A DNA stretch of 59,162 bases, taken from the IMG/VR virus record IMGVR_UViG_3300016474_000119, positions 1-59,162 of that record; one strand, written 5' to 3'. The stretch comes from a virus. Taxonomy: Duplodnaviria; Caudoviricetes. How positions within the stretch are numbered: the first letter of the stretch is position 1; each line of letters opens with the position of its first letter. A model generated the notes under the pieces. That model was not told the DNA's origin and made no database searches. It saw nothing but the letters and a program-made list of their open reading frames with translations. This document shows, in pieces, positions 18,846 through 28,120 of the stretch. Made by a program: the position numbers and the translations under genes.

Positions 18846-19193
18846 TTACCTCAGATTTTCAAGTTTGTACAGAGTCTTCATGTGCAGACCTGTCAATTCG
18901 TCAATAATGTTCTCGAGAGCAGGAATACCTCGCGCAATTTTAGCTCGATTCTCATTCAGCCAAATGATTTCGGCGCGAATAATTTTAGCGGCATCCTCGC
19001 TCCCCTGCTCGGGAACGTCGTTAATCAGACCAAAAGTACCCTGATAAGCCTCTACAAATTTGTCAGTAATGTCGATGACTTCTTCATAGTAATCGCCCAG
19101 AGCCTGATGCTGCGAATAAGAATTCGTCTTCCAATGCTGAACCTGCGTAGCATTGCGATTCTTAAACATCCTGGAAATAAACTTTTCAATCAT
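18846..19193 (-). CDS. Ferritin/Dps-like four-helix protein (DUF5856-like)
   Basis: HWKTNSYSQHQALGDYYE...DKFVEAYQG...NIIDE...TLYKL. Confidence 0.65.
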   Translation of the reverse strand: MIEKFISRMFKNRNATQVQHWKTNSYSQHQALGDYYEEVIDITDKFVEAYQGTFGLINDVPEQGSEDAAKIIRAEIIWLNENRAKIARGIPALENIIDELTGLHMKTLYKLENLR

Positions 19194-21880
19194 CAGAACG
19201 ACCCTCCGCTAACTCCACCCCAGACCGGTGCGCTAGTCCCAGCAGACACCAGAACCTGCCCAGCCGTGCCGTTAGCAATGAACGACGTTGTGCCGGCAGC
19301 CGTCTGGTAAGGTATCTGGCTAGCAGCGCCACCGGCAAGGTTAGTGGCTGTGCCGACAGCGACAGTGCTCGGAGCTACGTTGCGCCAGTAGCCACCCGCG
19401 CCGTAGTATTGTAGAAGGTTGCCGTCAGCGACGCTGGTCAGCTGGACGTTACTATCCGTGCCCCCCAGAACTGAGCCGTGATTGATCTCGACTTGGAACG
19501 AGCCAGAACCACTTGGTCCGGCACTAATAACTATACCGACTTGAACCTTGATGTTCGGTGCAACCGGTTTGACGTTGGTTGGATTACCCGTGACCGGGTT
19601 ATACCAGATAACATCGCCGTCTACCCAAGTCTCTCCGTAAGCCGTACCATTAGTTGCCACACCGTGCACAACACCGAAAGTTGTCACCCGCCCGAAGCCA
19701 TTCAGGGCTATAGCTTCAGTGGCGACACCAACGATTTTGTCACCATCAGTGATACCGGTCGTAGTCGGTGCGAAGGTTATAACGCCGGAAGCACCAACCG
19801 TACCTGTCTGATAAACGATTTGCAGAGGTGTGTCAGTGATAGCCGCCGACGCCTTGCCGTAAAGGAATAGCTCTTCGCCGACCTGCTGGGTGATGTTGCC
19901 GCCACCCATGCCAAGGTTCCACGAGCCGGTCGTTCCGTTGTACCACATACGACCAGCGGCCGAAGTGACGGCAGAGCCGTTGGCAAAGTTAGCATAAGCA
20001 TATACGCTACCGTTGTTACCGATAGTTAGTCCGCTTATCGTAGGGAGCACGTTGAACACGACGCTACCGGCACCGCTTTTATCTGACAGTGCCGCGTAGA
20101 GATTGGCGGAAGATGGGGTGGCCGCCCAGGTGCCGACCGCAGCGTTCGAGAAGCTGATCGTACCTGTGGTAGTTATCGGACCACCAGAGAGACCCGTACC
20201 TGTGGACACGGACGTGACCGTACCGCTAGCCGCAGTCGAGCTAACCGTAAAGTTAGGATAAGTACCGGTGACGGTCGTACCGCCAGAACCGGTTATGCTA
20301 ACTACTTGATCTGGTGCCGTATTCGTTACCGAGAAGTTCGGATACGTGCCACCGACAGAGATTCCGACACCGCTACCGATAACTACAGTTTGGTCTGGAG
20401 CCGTGTTAGTTACCGAGAAGTTAGGATAAGTTCCGGTTACAGAAATTGCCGTGCCGCTAGCAATGCTAACGACTTGGTCGGGTGCGGTGTTGGTTATCGT
20501 GACTGCCGAGGAGCCATTATACGAAACCCCAGACAAACCGGTGCCGATGGTCAGCGCGAACGGATTAACCGCCGTGACAGTCGTCGAGCCACCAAGAGAA
20601 ACAGGACTACCGTTAATGGTTACAGCACTGTTAGCTAACTGAGCATTAGTTACAGTTCCACTCAGCTTCGTCGTAGCCAGTGAGGTTATCCAAGTCGGGT
20701 CAGCATACAGGCCAGTCGTGTAGACACCGTTAGTTACGGTTGCAGCGTTGCCGCTAATGCTGATACCCCAGGTTCCTGTCGCACCGCTACCGGTTGTGGA
20801 AGGAACGGAGAGAGCCGAACGAGCGCTAGCAGCTGTGTTCGCACCGGTACCACCGTTTGCGATTCCGAGAATACCCGACATCGTCAAGGTTCCGGACGAC
20901 GTAATCGGACCACCGGAGAACGTGAGACCCGTGGTGCCACCGGAAGCATTGACCGAAGTCACCGTCCCGGTGCCCGCAACGATGTCCCAAGTAAATACGC
21001 TACCTGTCCACTTCAGGAAAGTGTTTGCCGATATCGGTGCGTCTAGGAATGACGTAACATTGGTGGCTGACTGGTAAGCGATCTTGTTAGCTGCCCCGCC
21101 TGTCAGCGTAGCCGCGCTACCGGCTGCGAGGGTGCTCTGATTCACCCAAGTCGGAGCACTCGCGGCATTAGACTTCAACACCTGCCCGGAAAGACCAGCT
21201 GCAGTTAGGCCTATATTCGTTGGGGTCGAATATGCAACTGCTCCGGGCACGGCAGACAAAGCATTACCCGTGCCGCCGTGACCGATACTCAACGTATTGT
21301 CTACCTGATTCTCATCAGACAGGTTTATAGCGGGGTGCTTGTGATCAGAACGGGATATCTCGGTAGAGACACCAGCTGAACCACTGGCTTCTACGCTGTT
21401 TGGGGTGATGTCTGACAGATCGGCTGCTAACGTGACGTCAGTGTTCAGAGAACCACCGCCCGTCAACCCTTCGCCTGCGATAATTTGACGATCATTCGGC
21501 ACGTAACCGGAAACCGTGACCGGAACAGTGCCCGCAGCTACGACTCGACCCTTATTGTCTACAGTAACTACCGGAATATTACTGGTGTCGCCGTAGGTTC
21601 CGGGAGTCACACCGGTGATTGCGAGTTCGGAATAGCCAATACCGCCCGGAGCCACGCTCAAAGTGACGTTAGAACTCAGTTGACCGCCACCCTGCATACC
21701 GGTTCCGGCGATAACCTGGCGAGAAACCGGGACGCCTGACACTTGCAGCAGGTCTCCGGCACGGATCTTGTACGTATTACCATTGTAAATGTACAGAAGC
21801 AGACCGTCTTCCGAAGCTGTCGGAGCGTCGTCTAGCTGGGTAACCTTAATCGGTATCAGGTTCGAAGGGACTTGAGCCAT
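19193..21880 (-). CDS. Long tail fibre protein
   Basis: 895 aa, G/T/S-rich with repeated VTSV..GTGLSGG and AGEGLTGGG motifs. Confidence 0.7.
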   Translation of the reverse strand: MAQVPSNLIPIKVTQLDDAPTASEDGLLLYIYNGNTYKIRAGDLLQVSGVPVSRQVIAGTGMQGGGQLSSNVTLSVAPGGIGYSELAITGVTPGTYGDTSNIPVVTVDNKGRVVAAGTVPVTVSGYVPNDRQIIAGEGLTGGGSLNTDVTLAADLSDITPNSVEASGSAGVSTEISRSDHKHPAINLSDENQVDNTLSIGHGGTGNALSAVPGAVAYSTPTNIGLTAAGLSGQVLKSNAASAPTWVNQSTLAAGSAATLTGGAANKIAYQSATNVTSFLDAPISANTFLKWTGSVFTWDIVAGTGTVTSVNASGGTTGLTFSGGPITSSGTLTMSGILGIANGGTGANTAASARSALSVPSTTGSGATGTWGISISGNAATVTNGVYTTGLYADPTWITSLATTKLSGTVTNAQLANSAVTINGSPVSLGGSTTVTAVNPFALTIGTGLSGVSYNGSSAVTITNTAPDQVVSIASGTAISVTGTYPNFSVTNTAPDQTVVIGSGVGISVGGTYPNFSVTNTAPDQVVSITGSGGTTVTGTYPNFTVSSTAASGTVTSVSTGTGLSGGPITTTGTISFSNAAVGTWAATPSSANLYAALSDKSGAGSVVFNVLPTISGLTIGNNGSVYAYANFANGSAVTSAAGRMWYNGTTGSWNLGMGGGNITQQVGEELFLYGKASAAITDTPLQIVYQTGTVGASGVITFAPTTTGITDGDKIVGVATEAIALNGFGRVTTFGVVHGVATNGTAYGETWVDGDVIWYNPVTGNPTNVKPVAPNIKVQVGIVISAGPSGSGSFQVEINHGSVLGGTDSNVQLTSVADGNLLQYYGAGGYWRNVAPSTVAVGTATNLAGGAASQIPYQTAAGTTSFIANGTAGQVLVSAGTSAPVWGGVSGGSF
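20245..20495 (-). repeat. About three degenerate 78-bp (26-aa) repeats in the tail fibre
   Basis: TNTAPDQ.V.I..G....V.GTYPNF.V occurs three times. Confidence 0.75.
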
Positions 21881-21884
21881 TTCG

Positions 21885-22196
21885 TCAGCCTATGATAAAT
21901 AGGAATCGTTCACCGTCTTCAGAGACGATAAACTGAGTACCATCTTGGGTAACGACACCCGAAGGTTGTGTCGTAACAGAAACATCCGGACGATTGAACG
22001 GCAGAGTGACCTGATCTTCTTTACGCGGAGCGAGACGATACGGGTCGTAATCATCCCGATCGTCCTCGCAAACCATGAGGTTCGGATAGTTTGGATCCGG
22101 GTTCAGCTGCGCGAGCTTAAACTTGCGCGAGCAACGTGCGCAAATACCGATGCCGTATGTCGGCTCCCCACTCGGGTCTATGAATATCGGATTCAT
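21885..22196 (-). CDS. Hypothetical virion protein with CxxC
   Basis: GICARCSRKF...LMVC..D.D.YDP motif; coupled to the upstream gene. Confidence 0.65.
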   Translation of the reverse strand: MNPIFIDPSGEPTYGIGICARCSRKFKLAQLNPDPNYPNLMVCEDDRDDYDPYRLAPRKEDQVTLPFNRPDVSVTTQPSGVVTQDGTQFIVSEDGERFLFIIG

Positions 22197-23173
22197 GCCG
22201 TATACGCCGAAATAGCCGGTTGGATGTACGTCGGACTACCGTCGCCATCACCATCCCACGCTTTTTGCAAACTGATCACCGCTTTCTGATCGAGCATCGG
22301 GATGAGGTTTGCATCTACTTCCGGAGTCTCAGCTGCCATCTTAGCCGCCAGAACGTCGGTAATAGCTTGCAGCCATCGCTGAGGCACTTCGACTTCTTGC
22401 TGAAGATTCTCAGTATCCATGATGTGGCGATGACGCCAGATAATCAGCTGTGCCTGTTCTGCTGCCGTAAACGGAGCTGGCCAAAGGTTGATTACCGGTT
22501 TCTTAATGTTACGCTGGAACCAGTAATTGCTAGGGCGACCGGGGAAAATCTTATTACTCTGCGCCACGTAGCCATCGCGATTCAGAGCACCCATAGGGAT
22601 TTCTTGCGGCTGATTACCCAACACTACCGTATAATAGTAGAACGGAACCGCCGAAGTGATACGGAAATACGGATGCGCCACCGGAGCTGAGATGTCAGTC
22701 CAGGTGATATTGTTAGCAGAAGCTGTAGCCGAAGTACTACCGACCTCAGTCCAGATTACGCCGTCATCTGACACTTCGAACGTCAACGGAACCGCAGCCG
22801 CCGCCCACTTAACACCCACCGTAGCGACCTGAATCGGGTCGCCGAAATACGTAGTGCGCGAAGTCAGCGTGTCGACACTCGAACCTTCCAGCTGCTGAAT
22901 GATTCGGTAGTTAAGGTTGAGGACTTCGACCGTGCCGATGGGTAGTTCGACGATCGGCTGGTTCTCATACATCGGGAAGATCAGCTTCTCAATACACCAG
23001 CTAGGTGTGCGGACGTTGGACATGTCCGAGAGAGCCAAATAAAGAGACTCCAGGGCATAAGTCTGCATCTCAGCCGTGATAGACTGAGCCGGCAGACGGC
23101 AACGACGAAACGCATGGTCTACGACCTTGAGTGCGTTGAACGTCGTGCCGCTGATGCTGCCAGAAAATGCCAT
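22193..23173 (-). CDS. Head-tail adaptor-like protein with an inserted beta-sandwich domain
   Basis: N-terminal helices (AFRRC), GRPSNYWF..NLWPAP, and a FEVSDDGVIW insert. Confidence 0.55.
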   Translation of the reverse strand: MAFSGSISGTTFNALKVVDHAFRRCRLPAQSITAEMQTYALESLYLALSDMSNVRTPSWCIEKLIFPMYENQPIVELPIGTVEVLNLNYRIIQQLEGSSVDTLTSRTTYFGDPIQVATVGVKWAAAAVPLTFEVSDDGVIWTEVGSTSATASANNITWTDISAPVAHPYFRITSAVPFYYYTVVLGNQPQEIPMGALNRDGYVAQSNKIFPGRPSNYWFQRNIKKPVINLWPAPFTAAEQAQLIIWRHRHIMDTENLQQEVEVPQRWLQAITDVLAAKMAAETPEVDANLIPMLDQKAVISLQKAWDGDGDGSPTYIQPAISAYTA

Positions 23174-23231
23174 ACTAACTCCGTGTAGTAGTCAGATGGC
23201 TGCTGTTACAGCTTGCCCGTATATTGCTGAA

Positions 23232-23260
23232 ATTATAGCTGATGAGGCGAGAAGAGCAAA
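23232..23260 (-). promoter_or_regulatory. sigma70-like late promoter
   Basis: TTGCTC-N16-TATAAT on the minus strand. Confidence 0.5.
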
Positions 23261-23263
23261 AAT

Positions 23264-23746
23264 TTACTTTTTGCCAGCTTTGCGAGCCTCAGACATCGCG
23301 ATAGCGACGGCTTGCTTACGGTTAGTCACCACCGGACCAGATTTGCTACCCGAATGAAGTTCTCCGGATTTGAATTCGTTCATGACTTTAGGAATCTTAG
23401 CCATGCCTTTCTTCGGAACCGAACCACCCTTCTTCATAGCCAGCAGGGGACCGACAGGAGCCACCGGGACAGCCTTACGAGCTGGAGCCTTGACAACAGC
23501 ACGTTGCATGACTTCTTCACGCTGCATGCGCGGAGTTTCCTCCATCTCATGCTTAGCCATCGCCTTACGGCTCGGATAAGTTTCGCCCGTGGCTTTCTCT
23601 TTAACGGAGCCGCCCTTTTTGTAGCCGGACATTTCCGAGTTCTTCATCATCTTACCGTTAGGCATCTTATGCATGCCACCGGATTCATACTCGCAAGGTT
23701 TGGCGTTGAAGTCAAAATCCTTGACGTACTTCAGAGTCTTACCCAT
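23264..23746 (-). CDS. Basic Lys/Met-rich protein with DUF6496-like C-terminus
   Basis: KVMNEFKSGELHSGSK.GPVVTNRKQAVAIAMSEAR; three xxxGG motifs. Confidence 0.65.
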   Translation of the reverse strand: MGKTLKYVKDFDFNAKPCEYESGGMHKMPNGKMMKNSEMSGYKKGGSVKEKATGETYPSRKAMAKHEMEETPRMQREEVMQRAVVKAPARKAVPVAPVGPLLAMKKGGSVPKKGMAKIPKVMNEFKSGELHSGSKSGPVVTNRKQAVAIAMSEARKAGKK

Positions 23747-23755
23747 GATGAATCC

Positions 23756-24022
23756 TTAGGTGTAAAGTACGACGACGGTACCCGTAGTAACCACCACCAG
23801 ACCGTTATTGGCTGCGACACCGTTACCGCCGAAGTGAACCGTGTCGCCGACAACCGCTGCAGCTTTGGTGTAGATAACATTACCAGAAGCAGCCGAAGCA
23901 TTGTCGTACACGGTCACACTACCGGCACCGGTAATGGACAGACCAAAGAAGCCAGCCGGGGTAGGTTTAATTACGAGCGTCTGATTATTGACTACGCGGT
24001 AGCCAAGTTTGTCGGACATCAT
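23756..24022 (-). CDS. Small beta-rich virion protein
   Basis: 88 aa; VTVYDNASAASG motif. Confidence 0.65.
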   Translation of the reverse strand: MMSDKLGYRVVNNQTLVIKPTPAGFFGLSITGAGSVTVYDNASAASGNVIYTKAAAVVGDTVHFGGNGVAANNGLVVVTTGTVVVLYT

Positions 24023-24048
24023 AATTGAATCCCCTTAATTAGGACGAA

Positions 24049-24213
24049 TCAGGCTGCGGATGCAGCCTTCTTGCGAGATACTTTAACGGGCTTCTCAACG
24101 ACTTTCTCAGGCTCCTCAGCCTTAGCTTCAACAATCTTTTCTTCAGCTTGCTCGGTGACGATGCCGCGAGCGGCAAGTTCTTCAGCAGACGGGGGAACGA
24201 ATTTGAAAGTCAT
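24049..24213 (-). CDS. Hypothetical protein (54 aa, not in the ORF track)
   Basis: MTFKFVPPSAEELAARGI...KKAASAA with AGGAG RBS; fills the gap in the operon. Confidence 0.65.
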   Translation of the reverse strand: MTFKFVPPSAEELAARGIVTEQAEEKIVEAKAEEPEKVVEKPVKVSRKKAASAA

Positions 24214-24226
24214 TGAGAACTCCTAA

Positions 24227-24457
24227 TTAGCTAGCCGAGATAGTGGCCAGGGTGTCGACACGCTTCCAGTTAGTGCCGTCCGAGAATGCGATAACCGGAG
24301 CACCGGCTGCGCCGTTCGAAACGTAGATCATGGTGCCGGCGATGCTGGCAGCCGACGGAGCGGAAGCGACAGTGTAAGTCGGGACTTTGACAGCGCCAGT
24401 CAGTGCGCCAACGAAACCTGCGGTCGAATTGACCGGACCAGAGAAAGTAGTAGACAT
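24227..24457 (-). CDS. Head fibre / decoration-like protein
   Basis: TTFSGPV...IYVSNG.AG...AFSDGTNWKR; directly after the major capsid gene. Confidence 0.6.
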   Translation of the reverse strand: MSTTFSGPVNSTAGFVGALTGAVKVPTYTVASAPSAASIAGTMIYVSNGAAGAPVIAFSDGTNWKRVDTLATISAS

Positions 24458-24462
24458 TTTAG

Positions 24463-24538
24463 TTCCTCACATGCGAGTTGCGCGTATCTGTCTGCATGTC
24501 GTCAGCCGGGACTGTCAGATACACGAGATTAAACCCGG
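24463..24538 (-). ncRNA. Candidate cis-regulatory pseudoknotted leader
   Basis: Interleaved stems CCGGG/CCCGG, GTGTATCTG/CAGATACGC and ACATGC/GCATGT, ending at the GAGGA RBS. Confidence 0.45.
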
Positions 24539-24539
24539 T

Positions 24540-24573
24540 AAAAACCCCGCCCAGCTTTTGACTGGACGGGGTT
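24540..24573 (-). terminator. Rho-independent terminator after the major capsid gene
   Basis: AACCCCGTCCAG-tcaaaag-CTGGGCGGGGTT followed by a T tract. Confidence 0.75.
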
Positions 24574-24579
24574 CTTTGT

Positions 24580-25494
24580 TTAGATACCAGCGGTACCGTA
24601 AACACCACGGGGGTCAGTCCAACCCGGGATATAACGCTCAGTGGCCTTGTAACGCATCGAGTCGGTCTCGAAGTCACCTTCCATCGACTTCTCGAGCGGA
24701 CGACGCATCATCAGCTTCAGACCCTGCGGCGCATCAGTCTGCACCCACCATGCGGTGGTCGAGGTGATACGCGACAGGTTAGCTTGACCTTCAGCCAGCA
24801 GACCCATCGACTTGACCGGGTTGATGTCGTTGTCAGCGGTACCAGCACGCAGCACCGACTTGAGCAGGACTTCAGCCTGGAACACGTTGCTCGGACCAGC
24901 GACGATCTTCTTCGGGGTCAGACGGATACGCTTACCGTTGTTGTCAACAGCGTTACGAATCTGAACCAGAATCTGTTCGAGCGAGGTCTGCGACAGAGCA
25001 GCGGCAGTCGACAGCTGGTTGCTGAAGGTGCCGTTGACGATCGGGTGAGCAGTCGAAACCAGCGAGACGCCGTCGCCGCCGACATACGAGCCGTTGAATG
25101 CACGGTTCAGGATGTTGGCGCAGAGGGTTTCTTTGGTCTCGATCAGCGACTGAGCGAGGTGCTCAGCGTAGGTCTTGCCGATACGGATGTGGTCGCCGTC
25201 TTCAACGAGGACTTTGGTCAGGGCGAATGCCAGACCGTAGACCTTGTACAGATAGCGCTGCAGGAACAGAACACCGCCCGACTGATAAGTCACCGGCATG
25301 CCGTCCGGCAGTTCCGGAGCAGCACCAAAACCGAAGAGAACCGGCTCTTCGTGGTAGTTGCGCGGGATACCTTTCTGCTCTTTGAAGACCATCTTCCATT
25401 CGTCGGCTCGCTGCTCATAAACGCCATCGAACACTTCGTTCAGGATGGGTTCGACGACCGACCGGAAGTCAGTACTACGCATTGGGGTTGCCAT
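24580..25494 (-). CDS. Major capsid protein (HK97 fold, Mu gpT-like)
   Basis: 304 aa; GGDGVSL.STAHP, DFETDSMRYKATERY..GWTDPRG; strong codon bias; position after scaffold and decoration genes. Confidence 0.85.
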   Translation of the reverse strand: MATPMRSTDFRSVVEPILNEVFDGVYEQRADEWKMVFKEQKGIPRNYHEEPVLFGFGAAPELPDGMPVTYQSGGVLFLQRYLYKVYGLAFALTKVLVEDGDHIRIGKTYAEHLAQSLIETKETLCANILNRAFNGSYVGGDGVSLVSTAHPIVNGTFSNQLSTAAALSQTSLEQILVQIRNAVDNNGKRIRLTPKKIVAGPSNVFQAEVLLKSVLRAGTADNDINPVKSMGLLAEGQANLSRITSTTAWWVQTDAPQGLKLMMRRPLEKSMEGDFETDSMRYKATERYIPGWTDPRGVYGTAGI

Positions 25495-25507
25495 TATCTA
25501 ACCCTCC

Positions 25508-26107
25508 TTAGATCGAGTTAACCGGAGCTTTGTACTGGTGTTCGTTGATACGAACGGTCGCAGTAACGTAAGCGTCGGTCAGGGAGTCGTTGATATTGTA
25601 CGCAAAGCCGGTGATCTGGAACTGGCCAGAAGTCGCCTGAATTGCGCCGATCTGAGTGGTCGACAGACCGGTACGGGTCGAGCCGCCCGGCGAAGCCACT
25701 ACCCAGTCGCACTCTTCACCAACAGCCGACTGAACACTGTCGGTGCCCGGAGTGCCCGGATTGGTGTATTGAGTGTCAAACAGGGTTTCCGGATCATCGT
25801 AGACCCATGCCACGATTTCGGTGCCGGTCGTGCCGGTCGGCCAGAACGGCGAGATGGTCGGCTTACCCGACGCATCCAGGTACTGGCAACCTGCGAAGAT
25901 ACCCAGCAGGCTGATACCGTCGGTGGTGCCCGAACGGGTGCCATCCGAAGTACCGAGTTGAATAACACCAGCATCCGTGAGTTTAACCGGGTCACCCTGG
26001 AAAATATTCGCGGCATATGCCGATGCGATGGTGTAGGCTTTCGGGCGCATCTGACCACTGTTGTGGAAAGACGGACGGAAGCCAAAAGGTGCGCTAGTCG
26101 AGGACAT
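25508..26107 (-). CDS. Capsid decoration / cement protein
   Basis: APFGFRP...IFQGDPVK...GIFAGC.Y...VYDDP motifs; upstream of the major capsid gene. Confidence 0.65.
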   Translation of the reverse strand: MSSTSAPFGFRPSFHNSGQMRPKAYTIASAYAANIFQGDPVKLTDAGVIQLGTSDGTRSGTTDGISLLGIFAGCQYLDASGKPTISPFWPTGTTGTEIVAWVYDDPETLFDTQYTNPGTPGTDSVQSAVGEECDWVVASPGGSTRTGLSTTQIGAIQATSGQFQITGFAYNINDSLTDAYVTATVRINEHQYKAPVNSI

Positions 26108-26136
26108 GCTTGCTCCCTATGGATTAAAAGGTTACG

Positions 26137-26667
26137 TCAGGAAAGATCGAATTGAGCTTCCCGCTTTAGACCCAGATCCGCAGTACCGTCTCCTAGATCG
26201 ACCCTCGACTTGGAATCTCTGGCTTGCTGTTCAATGAACTCAGTCATGTCAACCAGTTTGTCCTCTTCACGATTCGGAGCAGCGTGGTGCGCTTCGAACA
26301 TGAACTTCTCGTACAAACTGATCGGCAGCTTGAAAGCCAGCATCTCATTCACCCCAATGAAGCCTTGCCAATCACCTGTTTTCAGGGTGGCGTACTCCCA
26401 GCCGGGAACGTCTTCCGGCTTCACCGGCTCATAGCCCAGACGAATACGCATCTGGATGGAGTCACGGGGGTTAGTCGTGGTTAGCCAGCACGTGTGCCAG
26501 CCAGGAATCTTAGGCAAGTCCGGTAGAGAGGACTGGAAAAACTGCTGACGGAACATTTCAACCCGCTCATCGTCACTAATTTCGCGATTTTCTTTAACTG
26601 CACGATCTTGCATCGCACGGTTATCACGATTGTCACCAGCGGATTTCTTCAGTCGTTCGTCGGTCAT
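26137..26667 (-). CDS. Conserved head-module hypothetical protein
   Basis: LP.IPGWHTCW...GYEPV motif; AAGGAG RBS before MTDERLKK. Confidence 0.65.
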   Translation of the reverse strand: MTDERLKKSAGDNRDNRAMQDRAVKENREISDDERVEMFRQQFFQSSLPDLPKIPGWHTCWLTTTNPRDSIQMRIRLGYEPVKPEDVPGWEYATLKTGDWQGFIGVNEMLAFKLPISLYEKFMFEAHHAAPNREEDKLVDMTEFIEQQARDSKSRVDLGDGTADLGLKREAQFDLS

Positions 26668-26697
26668 AATACTCGCTCCTTTCAGCGATTGAGGCAA

Positions 26698-26726
26698 ATT
26701 ATAGTGTGGATATTGAAAAAAGGCAA
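26698..26726 (-). promoter_or_regulatory. sigma70-like promoter for the capsid genes
   Basis: TTGCCT-N17-TATAAT on the minus strand. Confidence 0.65.
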
Positions 26727-26727
26727 A

Positions 26728-27708
26728 TCAGCCACGTTTCTGGCGATCGTACTCTGCATAACGCTTTGCATAACGCGCACGCAGTTCGGGGTCGTCCCAG
26801 ACACCAGCATCAATCAGAGCCTGTTTTCGCTCCGGACTAATGTAGATTTCTTTACGGGTCGAGGTGGGCGCATGCTCTTTGCCAGAGCCTACAGCCGGAC
26901 CACCGCGAGGAGTACGCTCCTCTTTAGGCTCAGGGCGAGACTTGCTAGGCTTATTGAAGTGCTCAGGAAGACGGCGAGCAGCACGTGTCTCAAGTTCATC
27001 CCAGTAGTCCTCGGTGCGTGGGTCGTAACCTTCCTTAACCAGAGCGTTGTCAATAGCCAGCACGATTGCGCTGTCTTCGTCCCCGCCCGTCGGGTCATAC
27101 CACTTATTACGTTCAATAAAATCTTGCGCATGACGCAGGGTCATGTCGTCGATTTTATTGGTCGGTTCAGGACGCTTCTGCGCATTTTGCTTTGCAGCCG
27201 TCAGCTGGTGAATCTTAGAGATAGCTTCGTCGCGATACTTGAGAGCTTGAGCTGCGTCCGCACCGTTGCCGGCTTCAATAGCCTTAGCGATTACGCGGTC
27301 AGCCATCTCAGCTTCTTTTTGAGCCTGCTGAATCTGGCTATCGAAGCTATTCAAATCGGACTGGTGGGCACGTTGCTCCTGAGCCGTCAGGCGACGCTCT
27401 AGGTCATCGTTGCGCTTACGCAGGAAGTCCAGCTCCAGCTTGTCGCGGGAGATAGCTTTCTCACGACGCTCTTTGCGCTCCAGCTTTTCTTTACGACGAC
27501 GTTCGCGGATAGCTTCGCGTTCATCTTGCTCGTCGTCTACTTCATCCGACTTAGCGGATTTGGCATCTTCCTGATCGTCGTCATGAGATTCTTTATCCTC
27601 ATCATGAACATCTGAATCTGCGTTGGCGGAGGATTGCTGTTTCTCTTCCTCCACAATGATGACTTCTTCGTCGTTGCGGTCATCGTCTTCCTTTATTACG
27701 TTAGGCAT
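26728..27708 (-). CDS. Capsid scaffolding protein
   Basis: Acidic N-terminus, long coiled coil, EDYWDELE motif; lies between portal and major capsid genes. Confidence 0.65.
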   Translation of the reverse strand: MPNVIKEDDDRNDEEVIIVEEEKQQSSANADSDVHDEDKESHDDDQEDAKSAKSDEVDDEQDEREAIRERRRKEKLERKERREKAISRDKLELDFLRKRNDDLERRLTAQEQRAHQSDLNSFDSQIQQAQKEAEMADRVIAKAIEAGNGADAAQALKYRDEAISKIHQLTAAKQNAQKRPEPTNKIDDMTLRHAQDFIERNKWYDPTGGDEDSAIVLAIDNALVKEGYDPRTEDYWDELETRAARRLPEHFNKPSKSRPEPKEERTPRGGPAVGSGKEHAPTSTRKEIYISPERKQALIDAGVWDDPELRARYAKRYAEYDRQKRG

Positions 27709-27721
27709 TACTCATCTCCTC

Positions 27722-28114
27722 TTAAACAGTCGCTTGATGCAGGCGGCTTTTCAATTCATAGCCCATGAGAGGCCAAACCTTTTCAACAGCTTTTTGACGG
27801 GCGATTTTACGTCCAATTTCTTCGTCAAAGTTCTCCGGACTAGCGCATGCGCTTTCACCAGTAACGGTAAATCCGTTACTCAGAATGAGGACACAGAACG
27901 TCAGAAGATCAAGCGATGCTAGGTCAGCTTCGTTGGGTCGCGGACGCTCCCTGCCGACATAGGTACCATCAATGATCGCACCGCGACGCCCGTCGCGGGC
28001 TGTAAAGTAATGTTCACTGACAATGTTAGCTTCTAGGTCTTCGGGTGTGACGCGCAATGCGGTCTTATTCTTCGCTTGAATCAATTCTTCTACGGATTGG
28101 TCAGTCATACTCAT
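27722..28114 (-). CDS. N4 gp49 / Sf6 gp66 family protein
   Basis: LTFCVLILSNGFTVTGESACASPENFDEEIGRKIA...VWPLMGY signature. Confidence 0.8.
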   Translation of the reverse strand: MSMTDQSVEELIQAKNKTALRVTPEDLEANIVSEHYFTARDGRRGAIIDGTYVGRERPRPNEADLASLDLLTFCVLILSNGFTVTGESACASPENFDEEIGRKIARQKAVEKVWPLMGYELKSRLHQATV

Positions 28115-28120
28115 CTCCCT

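Noticed and set aside
15539-21880. Diversity-generating retroelement or invertase-driven tail fibre switching
   Set aside because: No reverse transcriptase, recombinase, or template/variable repeat pair was seen.
24463-24520. Hammerhead ribozyme (CTGACGA followed by a stem, minus strand)
   Set aside because: The GAAA required directly after stem II is missing; kept only as a generic structured leader.
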